Source of the DNA: Candidatus Fervidibacter sp.
Lineage (GTDB): Bacteria > Armatimonadota > Fervidibacteria > Fervidibacterales > Fervidibacteraceae
Assembly: GCA_041446875.1 (NCBI GenBank)
Contig: JBGOEW010000006.1
Coordinates: 4,326-68,325 of the forward strand
Direction: 5' to 3'
Length of the DNA: 64,000 bases
Each line of letters begins with the position of its first letter. The first letter of the stretch is position 1. This document shows positions 55,246-64,000 of the stretch, piece after piece. The notes under the pieces are model-generated. The model did not search any database. It was given only the letters and a program-made list of their open reading frames with translations, and had not been told where the DNA came from. The translations under genes were made by a program, and so were the position numbers.

Positions 55246-56160
55246 ATGGAGATCAAAGCGACCCGCTGGACTGACGAACGCGTTTGGGGCACTTGGCGGG
55301 TGAAAGTTGGGCTGGCGGAAATGCTTCGGGGTGGCGTCATCATGGATGTGACCAATGCCGAACAAGCCCGCATCGCCGAAGAAGCAGGCGCTGTCGCCGT
55401 GATGGCGCTTGAGCGGGTTCCCGCCGACATCCGCAAGGAAGGTGGCGTCGCCCGCATGGCAGACCCCGAAAAAATCTTGGAAATCATGGAAGCCGTCACC
55501 ATCCCTGTTATGGCGAAGTGTCGCATCGGTCACTTCGTGGAAGCCGAAATCTTGGAAGCCCTCGGCGTAGACTTCATTGACGAGAGCGAAGTCCTCACGC
55601 CTGCCGACGAGCAATTCCACATCAACAAGCATGCCTTCAAAGTCCCCTTCGTCTGCGGCGCCCGCGACTTGGGTGAAGCCCTCCGACGCATCGCCGAAGG
55701 GGCGGCGATGATTCGCACCAAAGGCGAAGCGGGCACGGGCAATGTCGTGGAAGCCGTCCGTCACATGCGCAAGATTATGGACGAAATCCGCCGCATCCAG
55801 ATGCTTCCCGAAGAGGAACTCGTCACCGTCGCCAAAAACTTGGGGGCGCCTTACGAACTTGTCAAGTGGGTGCACGAGCATGGTCGCTTACCCGTCCCCA
55901 ATTTCGCCGCTGGTGGCATCGCTACACCTGCCGATGCGGCACTGATGATGCGCTTGGGGGCGGAAGCCGTCTTCGTCGGCAGCGGCATCTTCAAGAGCAG
56001 CGACCCTTACAAGCGAGCGAAAGCCATCGTGGACGCCGTGACCTACTACGACCAACCCGAAATCCTCGCCGAAATTTCGCGGGGCTTAGGCGAACCGATG
56101 CGAGGCATTGATGTCCGCACCCTCTCGGAAGCCGAGTTGCTGCAAGTGCGGGGTTGGTGA
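55246..56160 (+). CDS. pdxS: Pyridoxal 5'-phosphate synthase lyase subunit
   Basis: [33 protein letters not shown] and [14 protein letters not shown] motifs. AGGAGG RBS. Confidence 0.98.
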   Translation: MEIKATRWTDERVWGTWRVKVGLAEMLRGGVIMDVTNAEQARIAEEAGAVAVMALERVPADIRKEGGVARMADPEKILEIMEAVTIPVMAKCRIGHFVEAEILEALGVDFIDESEVLTPADEQFHINKHAFKVPFVCGARDLGEALRRIAEGAAMIRTKGEAGTGNVVEAVRHMRKIMDEIRRIQMLPEEELVTVAKNLGAPYELVKWVHEHGRLPVPNFAAGGIATPADAALMMRLGAEAVFVGSGIFKSSDPYKRAKAIVDAVTYYDQPEILAEISRGLGEPMRGIDVRTLSEAELLQVRGW

Positions 56161-56194
56161 TGTAATGCCACCAACAAGCAAGAGCCAGCCCCTA

Positions 56195-56728
56195 TCAGTT
56201 CTCTTCGCCCCACAACTTCTCCACGAGCAAATAGACGGCGATGCCGAAGGCGATGGCGACATTGAGTGACTCCTTTTCGCCGAACTGGGGAATTTCCAGC
56301 ACCATGTCTGCCGCCGCTAACACCCGCTCATCCACGCCCGTCACCTCGTTGCCGATGACCAACGCCAATGGGAGATGCGTCCGTTGAACCGATTGGATGG
56401 GCACGCTCTCGTCGGTAATTTCCAACGCCGCAATCGTCCAACCTTCGTCCCGCAAATGGCGGATGGCATCCAGCGTGTCGGGAAAGTATTGCCAAGGCAC
56501 CAACTGCGTCGTCCCCAGTGCTGTCTTTTCCACCTTGCGATGAGGTGGCGTCGCCGTGATGCCGCAGAGGACTAACTTGGCGATATAAGCACATTCTGCC
56601 GTCCGAAACATCGCCCCGACATTGTAAGCGCTGCGGATGTTGTCCAAGACAGCAGCGATGGGGAAGCGACGATGAGGACGATACTTTGCCCATCGTTTAA
56701 TGCGTTCAATGCCGACCAATTTGCGCAC
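56195..56728 (-). CDS. TrmH/SpoU family RNA methyltransferase
   Basis: LDNIRSAYNVGAMFRTA, GNEVTGV and ESLNVAIA motifs. Confidence 0.93.
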   Translation of the reverse strand: MRKLVGIERIKRWAKYRPHRRFPIAAVLDNIRSAYNVGAMFRTAECAYIAKLVLCGITATPPHRKVEKTALGTTQLVPWQYFPDTLDAIRHLRDEGWTIAALEITDESVPIQSVQRTHLPLALVIGNEVTGVDERVLAAADMVLEIPQFGEKESLNVAIAFGIAVYLLVEKLWGEEN

Positions 56729-56796
56729 GACCCATCACCGCCGCTTAATTGTGCCAATGCGTGGGCTGCTAAAGTTGGGAAACGGAGGGATGAGCG

Positions 56797-59106
56797 ATGA
56801 GGCGTTGGACAGCACGAAACTTGGTGGATTTAAAAGTTCCGATGGAGGTCGCCCTTAGTGCCGATGGCACCAAGATTGCCATCGTCGTCAGTGAACCCGA
56901 TTGGGAAGCAGGCGAAGTTTGGTCGCACCTTTGGCTTTGGCGGGACGGCGAACTTCAGCAATGGACTTTTGGCAAAGAGCGCGTCAGTCAACCCCGCTTC
57001 TCCCCCGACGGCAAATGGCTGGCTTTTTGGGCGCAACGGGGTGAACCCAAAGATAGCACTGAACCGAAGGCGCAACTTTGGCTGATGCCGTTGAGCGGGG
57101 GCGAACCCCGAGCCATCACCGATACCGACGAAGGCGTGACTGCTTTCGCTTGGCATCCTGACGGGACAGCCATTTGGGCAATCATCCCTGAACCCAAGCC
57201 CGACGAACGCAAACGCGCCGAAGACGCCGACCGAAAACGCAAACGCGACTACGCCTTCCATGACGACGAACTTCCCCGATGCGTTCTCTGGCGCTTCCGA
57301 ATGCCCGACGGAGATGGCGAGCGAGTGTTCATCGGCGATGCGGGCATTTACGAAATCACCTTGTCACCTGATGGCAACCGCCTTATTTTCGCCACGACTC
57401 AAACGGGCAAACGGGACGACTGGCGTCGCTCCAAACTTTTCTGGCTCGCCCTTGACAGTGCGGAAAAAACGCCCGTCGCCCTTTGCGAGCGGGCGGGCGC
57501 GCAATTTTCGCCCCGCCCTTCGCCCGACGGAAACTTCGTCGCCTTTTTAGGTTGGCGCAACCCTGAGCGCAGTTTCTCGCATCACTGCCTCTTCGTCGCC
57601 GACTTTGAGGGTAACTGGCGCGAAATCGCCTCGCTCCCCGATTTGGAAGTGGACGAACTGCGTTGGGTGCGCGACGGCTTTTGTTGCCTGCTGCAAACGG
57701 GCGTCACCTCGCAACTTTGGCGATTGGACGAAAGGGAAGCGATGCCCATCACCGATGCCGACTGGGTGATCACGGCATTGGATGTCACGCCCGATGGTAA
57801 CACTTTCGTCGCCATCCGCACCGATGACCAAAATCTGCCCGATGTGTGGCTTGGGAAAGACGACGGCGAACGAGTGCGATGGACAAAGGTGAGCGATTTC
57901 AACCCGCAAGTGAAAAGTTGGCAGTTGCCGAAGGCGCACCTCATTCAATGGCGCTCGGATGATGGCATGGCGATTGAAGGTGTCTTGTGGCTCGCTTCGG
58001 ACGAACCTCGCCCACCTGCCCCTTGCCCCACCGTCGTTTGGGTTCATGGCGGACCGAAAGGGCGGGCGATGAAGGCGATGCTTTCGGCGGCGGGTTTCCC
58101 CGCGTTTCTGGCGGCGAACGGTTACGCCGTTTTGGCACCCAACTTTCGTGGCAGCGGCGGTTACTCGGATGCCTTTGCGACGGCGAACTTTTGTGACTTA
58201 GGTGGCGGCGATTTCCGCGACATCCTTGCGGGCGTGGAATGGTGCATTTCTCAAGGCATCGCTGACCCCCATCGCATCGGGATTGCAGGCGGAAGTTACG
58301 GCGGCTACATGACCAACTGGGCGTTGGCGCATTCGGAGCGCTTCAAAGCAGGCGTTTCCCTTTTCGGTATCGCCCTGCTCTTCAGCGATTTCGGCAACAG
58401 CGACAATCCTTCTTGGGAGCCCGATTACTTGGGCGGGATGCCTTGGGAAGCCACCGACCTTTACCTGCATCGCTCGCCCTTCGTCTATGCCCATCGCATC
58501 CAAGCGCCTTTGCTCTTGCTGCACGGCGAAAGCGACCGCAACACCTTCATCAGCAACAGCCAAGAGATGTTCACGGCGCTGAAGAAATTGGGGCGGACGG
58601 TGCAGTTCGTCCGCTACCCCCGCGAAGGGCATGGCTTCCGCGAGCCTTATCACCGCGTTGACGCTTTGGAGCGCACCTTGCGCTGGTTTGACCGATGGCT
58701 GAGGGGCGACGCCTTTGCCAGTGCCACCCCTTTGGGCGAGAGGGCAGCCGATGACGAGTGGCAAGTTTGCCTGGCGCAAGTCCGCTATCCTGTTAGATGG
58801 GTGAATTGCCAACCGAGGGATGGGGAAGGGTTGGCGGAAGCGACGATCACTTTGCAAGCGAAGCGGGAAGGGATTCGGGTTTCGCTGGCGAAGGAAATTC
58901 GGCTGTGGGATGAGGAAGGGCGAGAGCATCCGCCATTGGGCATCGTGCAAGGGGAAGGCGAAAACAGTTTCGTCGTGGAAGGCGACTTGCAGGTTGCTGT
59001 GCCGAAGGGGCGCTCCCTTCCCTTGCGCCTTGCCTTCCGCTTGCCTTCCGACCGACACCCTTGTGCCTTGCAAATTCGTTACCTCACTTTGCGCTGCCAA
59101 TCCTAA
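56797..59106 (+). CDS. S9 family (acylaminoacyl/dipeptidyl) peptidase with a C-terminal extension
   Basis: PD40-like propeller (PRFSPDGKWLAF), VHGGP, GGSYGG (Ser), HGESD (Asp) and EGHG (His). Confidence 0.93.
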   Translation: MRRWTARNLVDLKVPMEVALSADGTKIAIVVSEPDWEAGEVWSHLWLWRDGELQQWTFGKERVSQPRFSPDGKWLAFWAQRGEPKDSTEPKAQLWLMPLSGGEPRAITDTDEGVTAFAWHPDGTAIWAIIPEPKPDERKRAEDADRKRKRDYAFHDDELPRCVLWRFRMPDGDGERVFIGDAGIYEITLSPDGNRLIFATTQTGKRDDWRRSKLFWLALDSAEKTPVALCERAGAQFSPRPSPDGNFVAFLGWRNPERSFSHHCLFVADFEGNWREIASLPDLEVDELRWVRDGFCCLLQTGVTSQLWRLDEREAMPITDADWVITALDVTPDGNTFVAIRTDDQNLPDVWLGKDDGERVRWTKVSDFNPQVKSWQLPKAHLIQWRSDDGMAIEGVLWLASDEPRPPAPCPTVVWVHGGPKGRAMKAMLSAAGFPAFLAANGYAVLAPNFRGSGGYSDAFATANFCDLGGGDFRDILAGVEWCISQGIADPHRIGIAGGSYGGYMTNWALAHSERFKAGVSLFGIALLFSDFGNSDNPSWEPDYLGGMPWEATDLYLHRSPFVYAHRIQAPLLLLHGESDRNTFISNSQEMFTALKKLGRTVQFVRYPREGHGFREPYHRVDALERTLRWFDRWLRGDAFASATPLGERAADDEWQVCLAQVRYPVRWVNCQPRDGEGLAEATITLQAKREGIRVSLAKEIRLWDEEGREHPPLGIVQGEGENSFVVEGDLQVAVPKGRSLPLRLAFRLPSDRHPCALQIRYLTLRCQS

Positions 59107-59125
59107 ATGCGAAGGAGGTTCGGCG

Positions 59126-59386
59126 ATGGAGCAGATAGAGAGGTTGATGGAAGAGGGCATCAATCTTGCCGATTTAGGTCGCCTTGAGGAAGCCATCGGC
59201 TGTTATGAGGAAGCCATCAACCTCTGTCGGCAATGGGCAGAAGGAAAAGGGCGGGAAGAGTTTTTAGCGAGGGCGCTGTCAAACAAAGGCGCAGCCCTTC
59301 GGCGATTGGGGCGTCTTGAAGAATCGCTGAATTGCCTGAATGAAGCCGTCGCCCTTTATCAGCAATTGACGAAATTGGAGGGGTGA
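59126..59386 (+). CDS. TPR-repeat protein, N-terminal fragment (in frame with the next ORF)
   Basis: AGGAGG RBS before ATG 59126. Two ~47-aa TPR-like repeats ending at TGA 59384-59386. Confidence 0.7.
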   Translation: MEQIERLMEEGINLADLGRLEEAIGCYEEAINLCRQWAEGKGREEFLARALSNKGAALRRLGRLEESLNCLNEAVALYQQLTKLEG

Positions 59387-59392
59387 AAGGAT

Positions 59393-60802
59393 TTGTCGGA
59401 TAAGTTGGCAGGGGCGTTGGTGAACAAAGGCAATGTGTTGGATGATTTGGGTCGCCCCCACGAAGCCCTCCAGTGCTATGAGGAAGCCATCATCCTCTTT
59501 AAGCGGTCAATGGAAAGACGAGGGCGAGCGGAATTGAACGAAGAATTAGCGTTGGCACTGATGAACAAGGGCGTGACGCTGCGAGGTTTGGGTCGCCTTG
59601 AAGAATCGCTGAACTGCTTTGATGAAGCCATCACGATTTATCGGCAACTTTGGGAGCAAGGGCAAGGAGCGCCCGCATATGAATTTGCGATGACGCTGAT
59701 GAACAAGGGCGAAACCCTTCTGCGATTAGGTCATCCTGAAGAAGCGCTGAGTTACTTTGATGAAGCCGTCGGAATTTTTCGGCGATTGGTGGAGAAGCAT
59801 CAGGGGTTCGCAGAATGGCTGGCATGGACATTAAGGGGCGAAGGCAAGGCGCTGGATGATTTGGGTCGGCAGGAAGAAGCGCTGGCACGCTACGATGAAG
59901 CCATCGCCCTCTATCGGCAATTGGTGGGGGTTGAAGGGCGAAAAGAGTTGGAAATGGAGTTGGCGGCGGCAATGATGAATAAGGGTGTCACCCTTCGGCG
60001 AGGAGGATGTTTGGAAGATGCGCTTCACTGCTTTGAAGAAGCCATCGGGATTTACCGACGATTGGTGGAAGTCGGAGGGCGAAGGGAACTGGTGAGCGAG
60101 TTGGCGTCAGCGTTGGTGAGCAAAGGAAATGCGCTCGCCGATGCGGATCGTCCAGAGGAAGCGTTGACATGCTATGACGAAGCCATCAGGGTCTATCGGC
60201 AACTGGTGGAAGTGGAGGGGCGAGGGGAGTTGGTGAGCGATTTGGCAGGGATACTGGTGAACAAGGGCAACGCACTCGCCGATCTGGATCGCTTTGAGGA
60301 AGCCCTCTGTCGCTTTGACGAAGCCGTCGCCATTTATCGGCAATTGGTGGAAAGGCAGGGGCAAAAGGAATGGACAGATAAGTTGGCAGCGGGGTTGATG
60401 AACAAGGGCGCAACCTTAGATGATCTGGGTCGCTTTGAGGAGGCGCTGCAATGTTACGACGAAGGCATCAGGTGGTGGGAGGAAGTGATGGAAGCGGGTT
60501 CAAAGCATGTGGCAGCCTGGCTTCTTCAAGGACTGGGCGTTCGGTTTGAACTGAAGCGACGAATGAAGGATTGGCGAGGGGCGGCGGAAGACATTTACCG
60601 AGCCCTTGCGGTCGTCCGACCTTTCTTCGGTGCAGAATCGCCCCCTGAAGTAACGGTGATGGCACTGACAGAGTTTCTCTTTCGGCTTCGCCTGTTAACG
60701 CCAGAAGAGTGGGCGGAACTGGACGAAGTGATGGGCGAAGAGAGTTTAGAGGAACTGCGGGATTGGTTTGAGCGATGGGGCAATGAACCTGTAAGCCAAT
60801 GA
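59393..60802 (+). CDS. TPR-repeat protein, C-terminal fragment (probable nonsense-split gene)
   Basis: Eight ~47-aa LAxALxNKGxxLxxLGRxEEALxCYDEAI repeats, in the same reading frame as 59126..59386. Confidence 0.85.
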   Translation: MSDKLAGALVNKGNVLDDLGRPHEALQCYEEAIILFKRSMERRGRAELNEELALALMNKGVTLRGLGRLEESLNCFDEAITIYRQLWEQGQGAPAYEFAMTLMNKGETLLRLGHPEEALSYFDEAVGIFRRLVEKHQGFAEWLAWTLRGEGKALDDLGRQEEALARYDEAIALYRQLVGVEGRKELEMELAAAMMNKGVTLRRGGCLEDALHCFEEAIGIYRRLVEVGGRRELVSELASALVSKGNALADADRPEEALTCYDEAIRVYRQLVEVEGRGELVSDLAGILVNKGNALADLDRFEEALCRFDEAVAIYRQLVERQGQKEWTDKLAAGLMNKGATLDDLGRFEEALQCYDEGIRWWEEVMEAGSKHVAAWLLQGLGVRFELKRRMKDWRGAAEDIYRALAVVRPFFGAESPPEVTVMALTEFLFRLRLLTPEEWAELDEVMGEESLEELRDWFERWGNEPVSQ

Positions 60803-61135
60803 CCGACGCCCCCATTCAACCTCCTGCCCAGCGGCGAAGAAAGCAGCCCTTCGGAGGGCGGGTTGTCACTTTGATACCCACTTTCACACGGACCACCGAG
60901 TCAAAATGACGACGGAAAGGAAATGCCCTTTGACTTTCTTTGCCTATGTTGCGTCGCCGTCAGTTCCGCCACCAAAGGCGAAAGTTCAGCGTCAGACCAA
61001 AAAGGCGTTGAGGTGCGCCTCAACATACACTAAGGTGTGTCCGCAAGGCAATGGCTATCACTTCCAGAAGCCTTTCAGCCAGAAAGATGAGGTAGGGGCG
61101 AGGCATCAGAGGGGTAAGGCAAGAGAGGGGCAAGG

Positions 61136-62227
61136 TTATCGGAGGCGATGAAGCAAAAGGATGGCACCGAAGAGGCTGAGCAAGTTGGCGAAGTGGCTGC
61201 CAAGGAGGGGCGGAAGGGAGCCTGCCTTCGCTAAAAGCGTCCCAATGTTCCAAGCGAAGTAGTAAAGCAAGACGAAAACGATGCTGACGCCGACGGCAAT
61301 GCCCCCGCCCCGACTTAATCGCAACGCTACTGGCGCCCCCAACATCGCCAGCATCAAGCAACTGAGGGACAGGGCGAAACGGTTGTGCCACTCTACGAGG
61401 TAGTCGGCGATTTTTTCGCGAGGCACGCGCCAGTGTTGTAGCAAGCGGATTTGGGCAGTCAAGGCAGGAAGGCTTAAGCGGTTAGGGGCAAATTGTTTGC
61501 TGTCGCCCGAAAAATTTTCGGGCGGACGCAAGGGGACGAGGCGGGAGAGGCGGGCAAAGTGTTGGCGCATGATGGGTTTGTCAAGGGGAGCGATGCGCTG
61601 GACGAAACCGTCCCGAAACTCCACTCGGTTGCCGACCCACCGAGCCGAAGTCGCTTCCACATAGAGCCGTTCTTCCCGATCCATTCGTTCCAACAGCCAG
61701 ACCCCTTCTAACTCCCCGCTTTTGGGGTTGAACCGACGGGCACCTAAAACGATGCGGGGGTCGTTGGGTGGTTGAGCGATAAGGATTTCGCGGGAAATGC
61801 CTTCCCTGCGCTCCCGATAGCGCCAGAGCAGCGCATCGGCAGCGCCGTAGGTGGGGGGGACGACGAAAGCGTTTAGCCAAAAGGCGAAAACGCTTAGCCC
61901 CACCGCCATCCCAGCGATGGGCAAGAGCAAACGGTGGAAACTGATGCCCGCTGAAAGCAACGCCACGATCTCCAAGTCATGGCTCATCCGCCCGATGGTC
62001 ATGACGACGGCAAGGAGTGTCGCCATCGGGAGGCTGAGGGCGATGAGGTTAGGGAGCGCCAGCAGAAACCAGCGCACGGCATCGCCGACAGGGGCTTTGA
62101 GCAAAAAGAGCAACTCAATGCCTTTGCTGAACACTTCGCCGACCATCAGGAATCCGACGAAGACCGCCAGCCCTGTCAGCCACGCGTTCGTTAACTCCCG
62201 CATCAAGTAGCGGTCTAAGATGGTCAT
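61136..62227 (-). CDS. LptF/LptG family LPS export permease
   Basis: MTILDRYLMREL, LALSLPMATLLA, EIVALLSAGIS and EWHNRFALSLSCL motifs. Confidence 0.92.
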   Translation of the reverse strand: MTILDRYLMRELTNAWLTGLAVFVGFLMVGEVFSKGIELLFLLKAPVGDAVRWFLLALPNLIALSLPMATLLAVVMTIGRMSHDLEIVALLSAGISFHRLLLPIAGMAVGLSVFAFWLNAFVVPPTYGAADALLWRYRERREGISREILIAQPPNDPRIVLGARRFNPKSGELEGVWLLERMDREERLYVEATSARWVGNRVEFRDGFVQRIAPLDKPIMRQHFARLSRLVPLRPPENFSGDSKQFAPNRLSLPALTAQIRLLQHWRVPREKIADYLVEWHNRFALSLSCLMLAMLGAPVALRLSRGGGIAVGVSIVFVLLYYFAWNIGTLLAKAGSLPPLLGSHFANLLSLFGAILLLHRLR

Positions 62228-62244
62228 GGCAAAAACGCCTACCT

Positions 62245-62979
62245 TTACAACGCAAAACTTTCGCCCAAGTAATGGCGGCGGGCGATGGGGTCGTTGACGA
62301 TTTCCTGAGGCGTCCCGTGCGTGCGAATAACGCCTTCGGAGATGATGTAACTGCGGTCAGTGATTTTCAAGGTCTCGCGGACATTGTGGTCGGTAACGAG
62401 GATGCCGATGCCTTTTTGCCTGAGTTGAATGATAGCGCGTTGCAAGTCTTCCACGGCGATGGGGTCAACGCCCGTGAAGGGTTCGTCTAACAGCAAAAAT
62501 TTGGGGTCGGTCGCTAAGGCGCGGGCAATTTCCACCCGCCGTCGTTCCCCACCCGACAACTCTTGCCCCCAGTTGCGGCGGAGATGGGTGAGGTTGAACT
62601 CTTCCAGCAATCGTTCGGCGATTTCTCGCTGCTGGCGGGGCGGGATGCCCCGCATCTCCAAAACCAAACGGATGTTCTCTTCCACCGTCAGTTTGCGGAA
62701 GACGGACGGCTCTTGTGGCAAGTAACTGATGCCCAAACGGGCACGGCGATACATCGGCAAGTCGGTGATGTCTTGTCCATCAAAAAGCACCCGTCCACCA
62801 TTGGGGCGGATGAAACCCGTGAGCATGTAAAAAGTTGTCGTCTTGCCCGCGCCGTTAGGACCGAGCAACCCGACGACTTCGCCTTGACGCACTTGCAGGG
62901 AAACGCCGTTGACGACCCATCGTTGACGATAGCGTTTCCTCAATTCCCGCCCTTCCAACAATAATGGCGTTTCGCTCAT
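62245..62979 (-). CDS. lptB: LPS export ABC transporter ATP-binding protein
   Basis: [46 protein letters not shown] and TDHNVRETL motifs. Confidence 0.96.
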   Translation of the reverse strand: MSETPLLLEGRELRKRYRQRWVVNGVSLQVRQGEVVGLLGPNGAGKTTTFYMLTGFIRPNGGRVLFDGQDITDLPMYRRARLGISYLPQEPSVFRKLTVEENIRLVLEMRGIPPRQQREIAERLLEEFNLTHLRRNWGQELSGGERRRVEIARALATDPKFLLLDEPFTGVDPIAVEDLQRAIIQLRQKGIGILVTDHNVRETLKITDRSYIISEGVIRTHGTPQEIVNDPIARRHYLGESFAL

Positions 62980-63608
62980 GGGCTCTTCGCTCCCCACGAA
63001 GGATTGTCAGGGCGACGGTGCCAGCGGAGTTGGGGATGGCGCAAGTGTAACCTCTGCAAGGTCGTGTCGCCTTCCATCCCTTCCGCAACGCCCGTCACCT
63101 GCTCCCCGTCCAAACGGACAGGTCCTGAGCCTGTCAGGTGCCCTTGCCGCCAATCCCAAGTCAATTGGGGTAATCGCACTTTAAGCCGTGCCAGTTTGCC
63201 GATGGCGGTAACACCGCCTTCCATCGCCATTACCTGTTCCCGAAACCGAACGAGGATTTGAGGGGCAGAAAAAACCGTGATGACCTTCCCCTTACGCTTG
63301 ACTTGACAGATGCTTCCTTTCGTGACAGCGACTTGCGTTTTGGGGTCGTAGCGCCCTTGACGGAATTGAAGCGTCCAAACTTCGTTGCGTTCTGGCACTT
63401 CCACGATTAGTTGCCCCTGCATCACCTGCACCTCTTCGGATGGCTTGGGTGTAGGCGGCAAGGTAGGTCGGGGCATGGCGGTCAAAGTGACGGCGAGCCA
63501 CCATGCTAAGGTCAGGATCATCAGCAAGCCCGCAACGCCCAGCAAAGGCAACCATACCTGACGCAAAGGCAAGTCACCTGTCCTTAAAGCATGAGACATT
63601 AGCGCCAT
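62976..63608 (-). CDS. lptC: LptC-like LPS export protein
   Basis: Single N-terminal TM followed by a beta-jellyroll-like region. ATGA overlap with lptB. The upstream ORF extension is antisense tRNA. Confidence 0.65.
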   Translation of the reverse strand: MALMSHALRTGDLPLRQVWLPLLGVAGLLMILTLAWWLAVTLTAMPRPTLPPTPKPSEEVQVMQGQLIVEVPERNEVWTLQFRQGRYDPKTQVAVTKGSICQVKRKGKVITVFSAPQILVRFREQVMAMEGGVTAIGKLARLKVRLPQLTWDWRQGHLTGSGPVRLDGEQVTGVAEGMEGDTTLQRLHLRHPQLRWHRRPDNPSWGAKSP

Positions 63609-63622
63609 TCCCGTCCCCACTG

Positions 63623-63650
63623 TTGCGCCATCCTTCTCGGTCGTTATAAT
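63623..63650 (+). promoter_or_regulatory. Sigma70-type promoter for tRNA-Gln
   Basis: TTGCGC, 16 bp, TATAAT (63645-63650), 19 bp upstream of the tRNA. Confidence 0.55.
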
Positions 63651-63669
63651 TGTGTGTCGGCAAAAAGGC

Positions 63670-63745
63670 TGGGGCGTGGTGCAGTCGGTAGCACGCGGGA
63701 CTCTGGATCCCGAGGTCCCTGGTTCGAAGCCAGGCGCCCCAGCCA
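63670..63745 (+). tRNA. tRNA-Gln(CTG)
   Basis: Acceptor stem TGGGGCG/CGCCCCA, anticodon arm CGGGA-CT-CTG-GA-TCCCG, GGTTCGAAG T-loop and encoded CCA. Confidence 0.96.
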
Positions 63746-63960
63746 TGCCAGTTTCTTCCCGGGGCTGTTCAACGGGTTTGTTCAACTTGGGCATTGACCT
63801 TCCTCCCCTCTTACGGAAATTCTGTCGGCTTCCGCAAATAGTTACCCGCCCCAGACCCTCTCAACCTGAGGGCGAAAAGTTTTGACCAGAAAGTGGAGGG
63901 GTTTCAGTGGAACTTCCTGCGGGAGCGTGTTAAAATCCCAAGCGACACCGCTGACTTGAC

Positions 63961-64000
63961 GGCCCCGTCGTCTAGCCTGGTCAGGACGCTGGCCTCTCAA
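63961..64000 (+). tRNA. tRNA-Glu(CTC), 5' part (truncated by the window edge)
   Basis: GGCCCCGTCGTCTAGCCTGGTCAGGACGCTGGC-CT-CTC-AA. TGTTAAAAT extended -10 at 63928-63936. Confidence 0.88.

Noticed and set aside
59384-59386. Selenocysteine recoding of the in-frame TGA in the TPR gene
   Set aside because: The aligned position is Arg (CGA) in sister repeats, not Cys, and no SECIS-like hairpin is evident downstream.
60830-60870. SRP (4.5S) RNA-like GAAGAAAGCAGC motif
   Set aside because: It lacks the CAGG-N-C-CGGAAGGAAGCAGC helix-8 core and the enclosing long stem.
63609-63794. N-terminal extension of the lptC-like ORF (MAGAPGFEPGTSGSRVPRAT...)
   Set aside because: It is the antisense translation of tRNA-Gln.
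63670-64000. tRNA-associated integrated element
   Set aside because: There is no integrase and no duplicated tRNA 3' end within the window. Sequence beyond 64000 cannot be assessed.

Overview
A ~60% GC bacterial chromosomal window, mostly housekeeping and cell-envelope genes. It includes ggt x2, moxR/DUF58/transglutaminase, yitJ, prkA/yhbH, hisC, nfo, obgE-rpmA-rplU, tad, gap, rplS-lepB, pdxS/pdxT, era, lptC/B/F, tRNA-Gln and tRNA-Glu. Gene content and style suggest a diderm thermophile such as Armatimonadota/Fervidibacter, which is an inference and not a database result. No CRISPR array, integrase, transposase or reverse transcriptase is visible. The most unusual signal lies below gene level: a dispersed family of degenerate tandem heptamers (consensus GCGA(A/G)T(A/G), often led by AACGGCA), plus an AGCCAC(G/T)-type palindromic motif. 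These sit at gene junctions, one array cuts off a PIN-like toxin gene after 9 codons, and heptamer arrays also lie in frame inside coding genes. One forms a ~60-nt hairpin in the catalytic loop of the CCA-type tRNA nucleotidyltransferase. Small toxin-antitoxin-like genes or relics are wedged into otherwise conserved operons (prkA/yhbH, rplU/rpmA, rpmA/obgE, upstream of pdxT and pdxS). Other highlights are a TPR gene split by a single CGA->TGA change, a UshA-like pseudo-phosphoesterase fused to a tetraheme cytochrome c, and an XRE-TPR regulator divergent from a cluster of exported proteins.
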